From Harriotta raleighana (taxonomy: Eukaryota): a stretch of DNA of 64,000 bases. A model generated the notes under the pieces. That model saw only the letters and a program-made list of their open reading frames with translations, ran no database searches and was not told where the DNA came from. Below, piece by piece: positions 63,581 through 64,000 of this stretch; the stretch's first letter is position 1, and every line of letters begins with the position of its first letter. The position numbers and the translations under genes were made by a program. The stretch is from NCBI GenBank assembly GCA_050575255.1, contig JBNZDD010013730.1:2768503-2832502 (forward strand). Direction: 5' to 3'.

Positions 63581-64000
63581 GTGACTTGGTCAATTGCGAC
63601 CAAGTGTAGCCTTCCATTCAAGTATATTTCACGTAGAAGCATTCACTATTTTAGTTCTCAGACCTGCTTTCCAATGATATTATTGACTTACCTTCAACTT
63701 ATATTAAAATAAATTTGGAGCATTTAATATTTTTCTTTGATTTTACATTTGTGCCCCCCTCCCGTGAAGGTCAAAGCTGAAGGTCAAGTACGAGTTTTGA
63801 CAGGATATTTCACAACAGCTGTGTGGGATCCTCAGCCAAGCCCAATCCCTCTCTCTCTGAACATCTAAATGTTATGCATTCACCATCAGGGATCAATGGA
63901 TACTGATTGGGTCACAAATATTGACAAATCTAGCTCCTCTTCCCAGGAATACTACAAAACTTGTTCATCTACAAAAATATACGGTCCACACTTTACAATA

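Noticed and set aside
48066-64000. Possible nested gene or ncRNA in the 16-kb FNBP1L intron 1 segment
   Set aside because: Only short low-information ORFs and repeats; I recognised no exon chain, snoRNA boxes or miRNA hairpin, though a covariance-model search would be more sensitive.

Overview
Vertebrate genomic DNA, most likely a cartilaginous fish (repeat landscape suggests a chimaera such as Callorhinchus; inferred, not proven). Two spliced genes lie tail-to-tail, as I recall they do on human 1p22. BCAR3 (+) has nine coding exons at 8631-17484 (713 codons in one frame: SH2, Pro/Ser-rich linker, Cdc25-like p130Cas-binding domain); its 5' exons were not found in the window. FNBP1L/Toca-1 (-) has exons 2-17 at 48065-29171 (F-BAR, HR1, SH3), including a 159-nt cassette exon, a 15-nt microexon and two alternative C-termini; exon 1 was not found and probably lies beyond 64000. 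The rest is intron and intergenic DNA with tRNA-headed Deu-core SINEs, L2 and CR1 LINE 3' fragments, a pogo/Tigger-type MITE, a truncated Penelope-like element with a perfect 12-bp TSD, microsatellites and single-N assembly junctions. I found no convincing novel gene system. The best leads are a 17-bp inverted repeat bracketing FNBP1L exon 2, an inverted ~96% identical L2 pair bracketing exons 5-15, a strong strand bias of SINEs that ignores gene direction, a tail-swapped second SINE family, and paralogue-like features in both proteins. All comparisons to human proteins and repeat families are from memory, not database searches.
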